A stretch of DNA of 32,464 bases, taken from sequence record DRR723986_20466. One strand, written 5' to 3'. Under the pieces are notes generated by a model, which was given only the letters and a program-made list of their open reading frames with translations, ran no database searches and had not been told where the DNA came from. The position numbers and the translations under genes were made by a program. The stretch's first letter is position 1; every line of letters starts with the position of its first letter. Shown here in pieces: positions 10,317 to 19,763 of the stretch.

Positions 10317-12407
10317 ATGACTGATAAAAGTAATGATTTGTCCGACAAGGACAAGGTGACTCAAGCCTCCAATTCTGAAGAGGTGAAGGGTATCGAAAAG
10401 GAAATTAAATCTGAAACTAAGGAAGAATCTCCGGATGATAGGATACCTGAACCTACTTCAAAGGTAGATTCAAAACCAGAGAACGACTTGGAAGCTGAAT
10501 TGACCACGGAATCTTTAGAGGCTGTGGAAGAAGAGACTACGGAAGCTCCTATAACTGCTGTCAACGACCCTGTATCAGCGGAGCCGACGCCCTCAACTGA
10601 ACCTACTAATGAAGGACAAGTAGATGATGTAACGGAACAGACGGATTCAGAATCCGAAGAGAGTGATTCTGAGGATGAAGATGACGATCATCATGAAGAG
10701 GAGATCGAGGTATCTACACTGTCCAAAATAGAACTTGTGGCTTTGCTAAAAAGCAAAGTGAAACAGGAGAATATTTATAGAATTGATAAGCTTGTCCATG
10801 AAATCAAGGCAGCTTTTGATGAATATACACATAAGGAGAAGGATGAAGCGCTAGAGAAATTTAAAGCTGAAGGTGGCTCGGAAGACGATTTTGACTTCCG
10901 TCCAAGCGACGAAGAAAAGGAATTCAATACCTATTATTACGAATATCGCCATCAAATAGGAGCGCTTCGCAAAGAAGCTGAGAAGAAAAAAGAATCCAAC
11001 TTGACGGCAAAGACTGAATTGCTAAATAAACTCAGAGATCTTGTAGATGGAGAGGAAACTACTTTAAGTATGGCTACTATAAAAGCCTTACAAGAAGAGT
11101 GGAAAAGCATCGGTCAAGTTCCAGCTTCGCAAAATCGAAGTCTCTGGGCTAGTTACAATGCTTTAATGGATCGCTTTTATGACAATAGAAGTATCTATTT
11201 TGAATTAAAGGAACTTGATCGCAAGAAAAATCTTGAAAGTAAATTGGAGCTTGTAGATAAAGCTATTGCATTGAAAGATGTAAAAGATCTTAAAGACGCA
11301 ATCAAGGCATTGAATGAGCTGCACGAGGAGTTTAAACATATTGGTCCAGTTCCTAGGGAGGAGCAGGAGGCATTATGGCAGAAATTTAAAGCTGCTTCTG
11401 ATGCAGTTTATGATCGTAGAAAGGATTTCTATGAAGGTCAAAAAGAAGTTTTTAAAGCCAATCAAGATCAAAAAGAAGCTCTAATTGAGTCATTAAAACC
11501 ATTTGCTGAGTTTAAAGCTGATAGAATTCGTGATTGGAATACCAAGACTAAGGAGATCTTGGAAATTCAGAAAAATTGGGAAAAAATAGGTCCAGTTCCT
11601 AGAGAGGCTGGAAGAGATATCAACAAATCCTTTTGGGCTTCTTTCAAACAATTCTTTCACAACAAGAATTTGTTCTTTAAAGAACTTGATGAAATTAGAG
11701 CAACAAACCAAGCTAAAGCAGAGGAGTTAATTACAAAAGCAGAAGAACTAAAAGACACTACAGATTGGCAGAATACAGCCAATGCCTTAGTGAGACTTCA
11801 GCAAGATTGGAAAAAGCTAGGTCCAACCCCTGAAAAGAGTAGAGATAGTCTATATAAGCGCTTTAAACTTGCTTGTGATACTTTCTTTGACAACAGAAGA
11901 GAATCAAATAAGCAGTCCAATGCCGAGTTTGAGGAGAATCTTGCAAGCAAGCAGGCTCTGTGCAAGCAAATCACTGAGGCGGCTGAAAAGGGAGAAGTGT
12001 CTGAGGAAGAATTGACCAAATTAGTAGGGGAGTTCAATGATCTTGGATTTGTGCCAAGAAAATCAATGAAGGAGATACAGGCTCAATTCAAAACAGCAGT
12101 AGACATTTACTTAGAAAAACTAAGCCCTGAGGGTGCTGGTAGAGAAGAATTCTTGTTTAGGTTAAATCTGAACAGACTTCAATCGGATCCTAACGCTGTG
12201 AAGACGCTTAATAAAAAGGAACACGGTATACGTAAGCAAATTTCTGAATTGGAGAATAACATTACATTGTGGAAAAACAATTTAGAATTCTTTGCTGCCT
12301 CTAAGACTGCAGATAAATTGAAAGATCAGTTTGATCTTAAGATTCAGAAAGCAGAAGAAGAGATCGAAAAGTTGAAGAGTAAGCTGTCAATTTTAAGGGA
12401 GTTTTAA
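10317..12407 (+). CDS. DUF349 domain-containing helical-repeat protein
   Basis: Repeated WKxIGPVP...LW..F..A.D.F(Y) units and an acidic disordered N-terminus. ATG 10317 is preferred over TTG 10284. Confidence 0.88.
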   Translation: MTDKSNDLSDKDKVTQASNSEEVKGIEKEIKSETKEESPDDRIPEPTSKVDSKPENDLEAELTTESLEAVEEETTEAPITAVNDPVSAEPTPSTEPTNEGQVDDVTEQTDSESEESDSEDEDDDHHEEEIEVSTLSKIELVALLKSKVKQENIYRIDKLVHEIKAAFDEYTHKEKDEALEKFKAEGGSEDDFDFRPSDEEKEFNTYYYEYRHQIGALRKEAEKKKESNLTAKTELLNKLRDLVDGEETTLSMATIKALQEEWKSIGQVPASQNRSLWASYNALMDRFYDNRSIYFELKELDRKKNLESKLELVDKAIALKDVKDLKDAIKALNELHEEFKHIGPVPREEQEALWQKFKAASDAVYDRRKDFYEGQKEVFKANQDQKEALIESLKPFAEFKADRIRDWNTKTKEILEIQKNWEKIGPVPREAGRDINKSFWASFKQFFHNKNLFFKELDEIRATNQAKAEELITKAEELKDTTDWQNTANALVRLQQDWKKLGPTPEKSRDSLYKRFKLACDTFFDNRRESNKQSNAEFEENLASKQALCKQITEAAEKGEVSEEELTKLVGEFNDLGFVPRKSMKEIQAQFKTAVDIYLEKLSPEGAGREEFLFRLNLNRLQSDPNAVKTLNKKEHGIRKQISELENNITLWKNNLEFFAASKTADKLKDQFDLKIQKAEEEIEKLKSKLSILREF

Positions 12408-12455
12408 ATTTTTCTCACTCAGAATAAGGAAGATAGGATTTTTCTTTTCTGAGGG

Positions 12456-12487
12456 TTTGGAGCGAATAAAGTGAACGCCTATATTTG
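12456..12487 (+). promoter_or_regulatory. Bacteroidota sigma-A promoter for tRNA-Thr
   Basis: TTTG (12456-12459), 20-nt spacer, TATATTTG (12480-12487), 19 nt before the tRNA. Confidence 0.75.
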
Positions 12488-12506
12488 CATCACAATAACG
12501 GAATAA

Positions 12507-12579
<73 letters not shown>

Positions 12580-12580
12580 C

Positions 12581-12610
12581 AAAAAGGGAAACAGAAATGT
12601 TTCCCTTTTT
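12581..12610 (+). terminator. Intrinsic terminator after tRNA-Thr
   Basis: Perfect inverted repeat AAAAAGGGAAACA-GAAA-TGTTTCCCTTTTT. Confidence 0.88.
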
Positions 12611-12639
12611 GTATTTTAGGAGGACAAAGCTCCACTGAT

Positions 12640-12768
12640 ATGATTTTTGAATACGTACTTTACACTAAGAAATTCGATCAATTTCATATTGCTCAAACTG
12701 AAGATCTAGACAAAAGAGTCGAAGATCAGAAACAGATACATTTCATTCGTCTTCAACTTAATTCATAA
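12640..12768 (+). pseudogene. Degenerate small GIY-YIG nuclease remnant
   Basis: Translates as MIFEYVLYTKKFDQFHIAQTEDLDKRVEDQKQIHFIRLQLNS*. This resembles the YVYILYS..D..YIGQT.DL..R...H pattern, with YIG changed to HIA and an early stop. Confidence 0.55.
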
Positions 12769-12865
12769 ATGATTGAATGTTCTGATTTAGCGACTGAAGC
12801 TCTTTTATAGCTTAATTTAGCATTCTAGGTGTTTACCTATATTGGCAATTATAATTCATCGATTA

Positions 12866-13543
12866 TTATTCTTTTATACATCTCAAATAATAGCCTGGCA
12901 ATTCTTGAGAAGGAGAAAAATAGGCAGCATTAGAAGTTGAAACGAAAATTTTAGAGTCCTCTGAAAGATCTGAAATACCCACAGTTATTATATCTCCGGA
13001 CTGTTCTGTGGTAGATGTCCAGAAAGAAGCGATTAGCCCTTTTGATCCAAAATATCCAGCAATGTATCTTTCACCTCCAGGAAGTGCATTAAAGCCACTT
13101 GAATTGGTTCCAGATTTATTAAGCCAGTACTCCGTGCTTTTAAGTTTTTTACCTGCTTCAAATGTGCCTCCATTGAAAATAAACAAGTCATTCCAATCAG
13201 ATATACTAGGGATTTTCCAGTCTTTTGGAGCTAATCCTCTTGGGTCAACTATGGCGAAGTAATTATAGATAAGTCCATAAATCTCTCCATTTTGATCTAA
13301 ATCTTCATAATAAGACCAAGCCGGAATTTGGTTTAAATAAGCATCTTCCCAATCCCCTTGGTTAGTGGCATGGAAGAGAACATCTCCATTTTTGAATTTC
13401 TTTACCTCCAGATTTTTTTTCATCCAAATCTGATTACCTATTTCTATACCATTTTCTGGTATTCCTGAAAGATTTGGATCTTCCGGCTCTTGACAAGAAA
13501 ATAGTAGTAGAAAAATTAAAGTCAATGAAAGTAATTTGGACAT
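12866..13543 (-). CDS. FISUMP (Fibrobacter succinogenes major paralogous) domain lipoprotein
   Basis: Lipobox LLFSC; IGNQIWMKKNL, YGLIYN, LAPKDWKIPS..DW, GTNSSGFNALPGG, FWTST and terminal LRCIKE motifs. Confidence 0.88.
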   Translation of the reverse strand: MSKLLSLTLIFLLLFSCQEPEDPNLSGIPENGIEIGNQIWMKKNLEVKKFKNGDVLFHATNQGDWEDAYLNQIPAWSYYEDLDQNGEIYGLIYNYFAIVDPRGLAPKDWKIPSISDWNDLFIFNGGTFEAGKKLKSTEYWLNKSGTNSSGFNALPGGERYIAGYFGSKGLIASFWTSTTEQSGDIITVGISDLSEDSKIFVSTSNAAYFSPSQELPGYYLRCIKE

Positions 13544-13926
13544 CAGCAAAGATTAGGTAGTCAAACGTTCTTATTTAAACGATTTTGAATTGATTCATTT
13601 TCCTTTTTTCTAAACAATTAAAGCTTTTATTATTTAGGTTAACATCTTTTTAAACTAGTCAAAAAATGTATTCAGGAAATACTCAGCAAGAATCTCTGGA
13701 TTCAATTCTGTTTCTTGTAGTTAGATTTTTTGCCTAGTAGATTTTTGCTATAAAGGGCAAACTTTAAGTATAGATAAGATACCGAATATTCTTGTAATAC
13801 CTTAATTGCTAATGTGTTATTGGACTTACTTTTATAATATTAGAAGAAATCGAAGTATAAATTCAAATTCACAGGTAATGTTTTCAGTATATTGAATGAT
13901 TAAAACCTAAAACCACACAATTGCGC

Positions 13927-14313
13927 ATGAAATCAACTAAACTCGTATTGGCAAGCATAATGTTTATGCTATCGCTAAGCTTTGTAATTGCAGCTTCCAT
14001 TTCTTCTCCTGAATATTTTGAAGGCAAATGGAATGTATTAATAAAAGGAACTCCTGAAGGAGATGCTGTAATCCCTATTCGATTTGAGACAATTGATGGG
14101 AAAACCACTGGTTATTTCTTTGAAGAAGGAGCCACTGAAGAGAAAAAAATGACCTCCGCTTCAATTAATGGAGATGTTATTAATACTGCCTTTACTATTA
14201 GCGGCTATGATGTTACTTTATTTTTAAAAAAAGTAGACGCTGACTATGCTAAAGGAGATCTTTTGGGGATGTTTGATGCTGAAGGAACAAGAGTGAAAGA
14301 AGAAAGTAGGTAA
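13927..14313 (+). CDS. Hypothetical exported protein
   Basis: Signal peptide followed by a beta-strand-rich domain (FEGKWNVLIKGTPEGD); a terminator follows. Confidence 0.75.
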   Translation: MKSTKLVLASIMFMLSLSFVIAASISSPEYFEGKWNVLIKGTPEGDAVIPIRFETIDGKTTGYFFEEGATEEKKMTSASINGDVINTAFTISGYDVTLFLKKVDADYAKGDLLGMFDAEGTRVKEESR

Positions 14314-14354
14314 AGTGTAGAATTAAGCTAAAAACACTTTATCAAGTGGGTATG

Positions 14355-14386
14355 AAAAAGGCGATAGATAAATCTGTCACCTTTTT
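14355..14386 (+). terminator. Intrinsic terminator
   Basis: Imperfect stem AAAAAGGCGATAGAT / ATCTGTCACCTTTTT. Confidence 0.6.
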
Positions 14387-14660
14387 GCTTGTAAGCAATT
14401 GCATTCAATAATTTTTTTAGTACTACTAAGGCAGTTAAATTTTCTATAAAGCCCAAAATCATCCTTAATTTTTCTAGAGAATGAATTATTGCATATTCGA
14501 GGGATCCACCCCTAAATGTCCAGGAATATTAAATTTCTGAGGGTAGAAGAAAATTTGAATTTAGTCATCAATTAAAATATGATAAACTTGAATTATGACT
14601 GAATTATGATTACTTATGGCGTAATATCTATTAAAAAATAGAGTAAGTCAGATAGAACCT

Positions 14661-15533
14661 ATGAAAAAACCATTGCAGAAATCAAAAATTCCCAGTAACA
14701 AAGTTTTTGTTATAAGGGAATTGCGAGAGTCTTATTTGGATAAATATTGGCACTCTCATGAAGAATATCAATTAAATGTAATTTTGAAGGGTAGAGGTAC
14801 TCGCTACATTGGAGATCACATGAAGCCTTTCAAAGAAGGTGACTTAGTTCTTACTGGTCCAAATCTCCCACATGTATGGAGAAGTGATAACGCATATTTT
14901 GACCCGGCAAATGGGTTGGATACCCATGATATTGTGATTTATTTCCCTGAAAGCTTCTTAGGTAAAGATGCTTTGCAAAAAGAAGAGTTTGAAGAAATAG
15001 CTAAACTACTTGCCAGGGCGGATAGAGGTCTAGAAGTTACGGGGCAAACCAATAAAAAGGTGATGAAAATGATGAAAGAGTTGGTTCATCTCAAGGGCGG
15101 CGCCAGTATTATTGGACTTTTAGAGATTCTGGATGTTTTAGCCCACAGCTCCGAATTGCATCCAATCACCAATACAGATTATAAGAGCAATTACAGAGCA
15201 CATGAAAAGGATAAGATCTCCGAGATACTGGAATATGTCCTTAAAAACTTCAAGGAGAAAATTACACTGAGTGATGTTGCATCCATAGCTAATATGTCTG
15301 AAAGTGCTTTTAGCCGATATTTTAAAACACGGGTTAATAAATCTTTCTCCGATTTTGTAGGAGATGTGCGTATCAGTAATGCACGCAAGTTGCTTCAGGA
15401 TGAAGACTTGAACATTAGTCAGGTTTGCTATGAAAGTGGTTTCCCAACCTTATCCAATTTCAATAAGCAGTTTAAAGATAGAATTGGCAAAACTCCTATG
15501 GCTTATAAAAAGGACTTTATTGAGCCTATGTAA
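14661..15533 (+). CDS. AraC family transcriptional regulator (N-terminal cupin)
   Basis: WHSHEEYQL...GPNLPHVW cupin; C-terminal double HTH ending ISQVCYESGFPTLSNFNKQFK. Confidence 0.93.
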   Translation: MKKPLQKSKIPSNKVFVIRELRESYLDKYWHSHEEYQLNVILKGRGTRYIGDHMKPFKEGDLVLTGPNLPHVWRSDNAYFDPANGLDTHDIVIYFPESFLGKDALQKEEFEEIAKLLARADRGLEVTGQTNKKVMKMMKELVHLKGGASIIGLLEILDVLAHSSELHPITNTDYKSNYRAHEKDKISEILEYVLKNFKEKITLSDVASIANMSESAFSRYFKTRVNKSFSDFVGDVRISNARKLLQDEDLNISQVCYESGFPTLSNFNKQFKDRIGKTPMAYKKDFIEPM

Positions 15534-15581
15534 AAGAACTAGGTTTGCTTAGTGCATTTGATTAAATACAAATTATCCCCT

Positions 15582-16262
15582 CTAACCTCGATCAAAATGC
15601 CCCATTACCTCATCTATAAAGGACAGACTAATCGGAAAAGATTGACCTTCTAGGATCAACTGATGTCGTTCAGCTTTATCTACCAATTCAGAGTTGACGA
15701 TGTAAGAGCGATGTGTACGAATAAAAAAAGAGGGGAGTTCCTTCTCTATTTCAGCTAATGTGATCCTGCTGATTAGCTTTTCAGTTCTCAGGTGAAAGGT
15801 CACATAATTACCAGTAGCTTCGCAGCAGAACAGGTCTTTGAACTTTACTTTGATTTGACCTTCTGAGGTTTTAATATAGATAAACTGCTGCCTATTTCCG
15901 GGTTGTAATTGTTGCCATTCCTGAGCCTTTTGGCAGGCTTTAAGAAATCTAACTAAGCTAAATGGTTTCAATAAATAGTCGATTGCATCTAACTCAAAGC
16001 CTTGCACGGCATAGTCTGAATAGGCTGTAGTGAAGATCACCTGTGTTTCCTTCGGTAAAAGTGCAGCTAATTCCACTCCTGAAATATCAGGCATATTGAT
16101 GTCTAAGAAAATCAAGTCTACAGAATTGGCTTTTATATATTCTAAACCTTCTACAGCATCGGTAAAAGTGGTACTAAGTTCCAAAAATGGAACTTTGGAA
16201 GCATGAGATTTTATTACTTCCAATGCCATGGATTCGTCGTCAATTGCTATTGCTCTAATCAT
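15582..16262 (-). CDS. LytTR family response regulator
   Basis: Receiver domain (IDDE, FLDINMP, FTTAY, DYLLKP) plus LytTR domain (FIRTHRSYIVN). Confidence 0.95.
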   Translation of the reverse strand: MIRAIAIDDESMALEVIKSHASKVPFLELSTTFTDAVEGLEYIKANSVDLIFLDINMPDISGVELAALLPKETQVIFTTAYSDYAVQGFELDAIDYLLKPFSLVRFLKACQKAQEWQQLQPGNRQQFIYIKTSEGQIKVKFKDLFCCEATGNYVTFHLRTEKLISRITLAEIEKELPSFFIRTHRSYIVNSELVDKAERHQLILEGQSFPISLSFIDEVMGHFDRG

Positions 16263-16263
16263 A

Positions 16264-17667
16264 TCAACTTAGTTGTACAGAAAAGTGTACAAAGTGCTCT
16301 GTATCGTTTGCTACGATGGTTAAGTTATGCTTTTGTGGGTAAAAATGGGCCAGCCTGCTCTTGACATTTTCTAACCCTATCCCTGATTCGTCCCGTGGAT
16401 CTTCAGTTAGTTTTTTGGGATGAATACTATTGACCACATCAAGATGCACAGAGCCCTGCAGACATCTTAGATTGATCTTGATCCAAGATTTGCTTTTCGT
16501 GCTAATTCCATGTTTGAACGCATTCTCCACATAAGGAATCAAAAGCATGGGAGCAATGCTGCCTTCACAGATATCGTCTGACAATTTAATCTCCACATCC
16601 AAATTAGATTCGTTTTTGAAACGTAACATCTGTAGATCAAGGTAATTTCTCAAGTAATCTATTTCCCTTGTCAGAGGAATTTTATCCATCTGATTTTCAT
16701 GAAGCATAAAGCGCATCATATCACCCAGTTTCTGTATACCGTCAGACGTTTTCTCCGCATTTTCCATCAATGCGGATCCGTAAAGTGTATTTAAGGCGTT
16801 GAAAAGAAAATGTGGATTGATCTGAGATCTAAGAAAACTGAGATTGGCAGTGCTTTGATTGACTTGTACGGAAAGTGTGTCAATTTTTCCTCTATAATCA
16901 TCATACTTACTGAATACTATATTGGAAAGTGGAAATACAATTAAAATCAATGCAGCGATCATTCCAACCCCAAGAAGGATAATTTCTGGGACATTGTTCT
17001 CCGCAGCTATAATTACAAATATCAGGAAAATCAGGATCAACAGACCCCACAAGAACCAACGATAAGCTTTGATATTACCTTTTAATTTATTTCTGTAAAG
17101 CAGGTAGTAATTATAAAGTACAAAGAAGGCTATCCCTGGAATTATCAAAAGTAGAATAAACAAAATTGCCTCATTAACGAAAATTTGGGAGACAAATAGG
17201 AATACTCCAAGAAATATAAAAATCATAAATAATCGGATTCCATTATATAGCTGAAAATCCTTAAACATTGGAGGTAAAAACATTTTCCGTAACAGATTAG
17301 CAATCACCAAATAAACTGAGTACAGCAGAATCACACTTAGATAGAAACGAAAAAAACGTTCGGCACCCAAATTATTTATTGCTGCACATGTGCCAGTTAA
17401 CGCACCGGTAATAAGCATGGTAAGCAGGGAGAAAAGAATCAGATGTAAAACATTTTTATCTTTTAGGTACTTAGGAATTATAATTAGATGCATTACATAA
17501 AAACCAGCATATAGCACTATTGGTAGTACAACTATCCCAAAGAATTGTGCTATTGGCTCTCTATGGGTTGACATCGCAAAAACGATATTCGTCAACACTA
17601 TTATCAAAAAAACGAAGGTGGATATCCACCATTCTACATCTCTAAATACTAATCTTTTTGATTTCAT
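16264..17667 (-). CDS. LytS/YehU-type membrane sensor histidine kinase
   Basis: Multiple N-terminal TM segments; H-box SQINPHFLFNALN, N-box VENAFKHG, G-box SGIGLENV; stop 1 nt before the regulator ATG. Confidence 0.94.
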   Translation of the reverse strand: MKSKRLVFRDVEWWISTFVFLIIVLTNIVFAMSTHREPIAQFFGIVVLPIVLYAGFYVMHLIIIPKYLKDKNVLHLILFSLLTMLITGALTGTCAAINNLGAERFFRFYLSVILLYSVYLVIANLLRKMFLPPMFKDFQLYNGIRLFMIFIFLGVFLFVSQIFVNEAILFILLLIIPGIAFFVLYNYYLLYRNKLKGNIKAYRWFLWGLLILIFLIFVIIAAENNVPEIILLGVGMIAALILIVFPLSNIVFSKYDDYRGKIDTLSVQVNQSTANLSFLRSQINPHFLFNALNTLYGSALMENAEKTSDGIQKLGDMMRFMLHENQMDKIPLTREIDYLRNYLDLQMLRFKNESNLDVEIKLSDDICEGSIAPMLLIPYVENAFKHGISTKSKSWIKINLRCLQGSVHLDVVNSIHPKKLTEDPRDESGIGLENVKSRLAHFYPQKHNLTIVANDTEHFVHFSVQLS

Positions 17668-17693
17668 ATATCACTAATTATAAACATGTTAGA

Positions 17694-17840
17694 TTACCTT
17701 GATTCAATTGGATTTGTCTTAATGTTCAAAGTAACCTTTTCCGAATCCTCCTTCACAGGTCTGCCGTCTGAAAACATCAGCATGATATTGTAAATAAGCG
17801 CTAAAAGGATCAGCAAATAAAAGACTTTCTTGGTGTTCAT
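17694..17840 (-). CDS. Unannotated 48-aa signal-peptide/single-TM micropeptide upstream of the histidine kinase
   Basis: MNTKKVFYLLILLALIYNIMLMFSDGRPVKEDSEKVTLNIKTNPIESR*. A-rich context before the ATG, promoter elements ~25-55 nt upstream, stop 26 nt before the kinase ATG. Confidence 0.6.
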   Translation of the reverse strand: MNTKKVFYLLILLALIYNIMLMFSDGRPVKEDSEKVTLNIKTNPIESR

Positions 17841-17864
17841 TAATTCTCTTCCTAATTGATAAGA

Positions 17865-17930
17865 CAAGAGTAGTGGTACAAAAAAGTCTTTACAAAAGTA
17901 TGTGACGAAATGGGGAGTTTGTGGGATGAA
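17865..17930 (-). promoter_or_regulatory. Promoter with putative LytTR-binding direct repeats
   Basis: On the minus strand TTCATC (17925-17930) and TTCGTC (17904-17909) repeat at 21-bp period, followed by TTTG (17893-17896), a 20-nt spacer and TACTCTTG (17865-17872). Confidence 0.55.
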
Positions 17931-18077
17931 TAAGAATTTTGGATTATGTAAATACGATTTTAGCGATCGTTGATGGGTAGCTATTGTTATATAATTCTAC
18001 GATTATCAGCATTCACTATTGAGCTTTGATCCTCAAAAAGAGAGCATAAGGACTACTGAATATAGAATTAGTGTGTG

Positions 18078-19544
18078 CTAGAATGGGTTTTGGAGCAAAT
18101 TAATGTCCCATATACTTGGAAGGACAAAATACACCATCAAGGTTACCAGAATGATAGAGATCACATTCAGCCAAAAACCAGCTTTAACCATATCCTTCAT
18201 TTGCAGATAGCCAGATCCAAAAACAACTGCATTTGGAGGGGTTGCCACAGGTAGCATAAATGCACAGCTTGCAGCTAGCGTTGCTCCAACCATCAATCCA
18301 AAAGGATGTAAATCAAGCTTCACTGCTACTGATGCAAGTATTGGAAGCAACATGGATGCGGTGGCCACGTTTGATGTCACTTCAGTAAGGAAGTTGACAG
18401 AAGCGACGATAATCAGTAGCAAAAGTAAAAAGGAAATACCTTCTATTAACGTAAATCGAGTTCCTATCCATTCTGCCAATCCAGTTTCTTTGAATCCAGC
18501 TGCCAAAGCTAGCCCACCACCGAAAAGGATCAATACCCCCCAAGGAATGCGCTCTGCAGTTTTCCAGTCTAGAATACGTTCACCATCTTTTGAGGAAGGG
18601 ATAATAAATAACGCTATTACACCAATCAACACTATAATTGTATCGTCCAAGCCAGGCAAAAATTGCTGCAATAAGAAAGATCTGCTAATCCAAGCAAAAC
18701 AAACCAAACCGAAAATACTCATTACAATTTTTTCTTCATAGGTGATTTTACCTAAGGCAGTTAGCTGTGTTTTTATAATGCTTTTTCCATCACTCAAACT
18801 AAAACGGGAGGGTAGAGGGTTGGAAAAATTTACCAGATAGTACCAGCATATAAAAAGCATTACTGCAGACAAAGGCAAGCCGAACAACATCCATTCATTA
18901 AAACCAATCTCATATCCATATAGATCAGAAACTACACTCGCTAAAATGATATTAGTTGGCGTTCCAATCAATGTAGCGACTCCTCCGATGGATGCACTAT
19001 AGGCAATTCCAAGCATTATAGCTTTACCGAGATTTTCAGAAATGGCTAGTTTGGATGATCCAAGTTGATCTTTAAACTGATTTACCACAGCCAAGCCAAT
19101 AGGCAACATCATAAGAGAAGTTGCTGAATTGGAGATCCACATCGAAAGGATTCCAGTAGCCAAAATAAAACCCAGCACGATCTTGCGAAGGTCTGTTCCT
19201 ATTAGATTTATAATATTTAAAGCAATCCTGCGGTGTAAGCTCCATTTTTCAATTCCTGTTGCTAATAGAAAACCACCCATATACAGCAGAACTGTGGGGT
19301 GCATGTAGTTTTCAGATACATCAGCGATAGGGAGAATACCTAAAAGAGGCATCAAAATCAAAGGGAGGAATGCGGTCGCTGCAATGGGTAAGGCTTCAGA
19401 AATCCACCAGATCGCCATCCAAGCAGCTAAAGCGAGCATGGATTGAGCAGATTGGTTTAATCCATTGAACTCAACAAAAAAATTGATTCCTATAAATGCT
19501 AATGGCCCAAAGTAAAGCCCTAGTGATTTAAGATTGATCTTCAT
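18078..19544 (-). CDS. SLC13/DASS family sodium:dicarboxylate (or sulfate) symporter
   Basis: Highly hydrophobic; two SNT-like motifs (WISNSAT, VTSNVAT), TLIGTPTN and FMLPVATPPNAVVF. Confidence 0.93.
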   Translation of the reverse strand: MKINLKSLGLYFGPLAFIGINFFVEFNGLNQSAQSMLALAAWMAIWWISEALPIAATAFLPLILMPLLGILPIADVSENYMHPTVLLYMGGFLLATGIEKWSLHRRIALNIINLIGTDLRKIVLGFILATGILSMWISNSATSLMMLPIGLAVVNQFKDQLGSSKLAISENLGKAIMLGIAYSASIGGVATLIGTPTNIILASVVSDLYGYEIGFNEWMLFGLPLSAVMLFICWYYLVNFSNPLPSRFSLSDGKSIIKTQLTALGKITYEEKIVMSIFGLVCFAWISRSFLLQQFLPGLDDTIIVLIGVIALFIIPSSKDGERILDWKTAERIPWGVLILFGGGLALAAGFKETGLAEWIGTRFTLIEGISFLLLLLIIVASVNFLTEVTSNVATASMLLPILASVAVKLDLHPFGLMVGATLAASCAFMLPVATPPNAVVFGSGYLQMKDMVKAGFWLNVISIILVTLMVYFVLPSIWDINLLQNPF

Positions 19545-19763
19545 AAAGTCTTAAAGCTAAAACTTTTCGAGACATATATTTTGCCGAAAAATAAAAATCA
19601 AAGCTCAAAGGCTGAAATTTCTGGCCTTATGAATTTCCCATTCGCTTTTTTATATTCTACTTCAATACCAACTGATAGTTTACTGATTGAATATTGCTCA
19701 AAAGAGTTTTGATAGAACTAACTTATCGAGAATACATTGGATGAGTAGGTGAATAATTATTCT

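Noticed and set aside
902-12037. Many 60-130 aa antisense or alternate-frame ORFs inside lptF/G, pnp, rpoD, trxB, yqgE and DUF349 (e.g. 4547-4906, 5673-6065, 6882-7190)
   Set aside because: They lie within or almost wholly overlap well-supported genes and have no recognisable motifs; typical shadow ORFs.
17930-17955. TTATGTAAAT as a second dif-like arm
   Set aside because: One base short of the XerD arm and lacks a matching XerC arm at 6-bp spacing.
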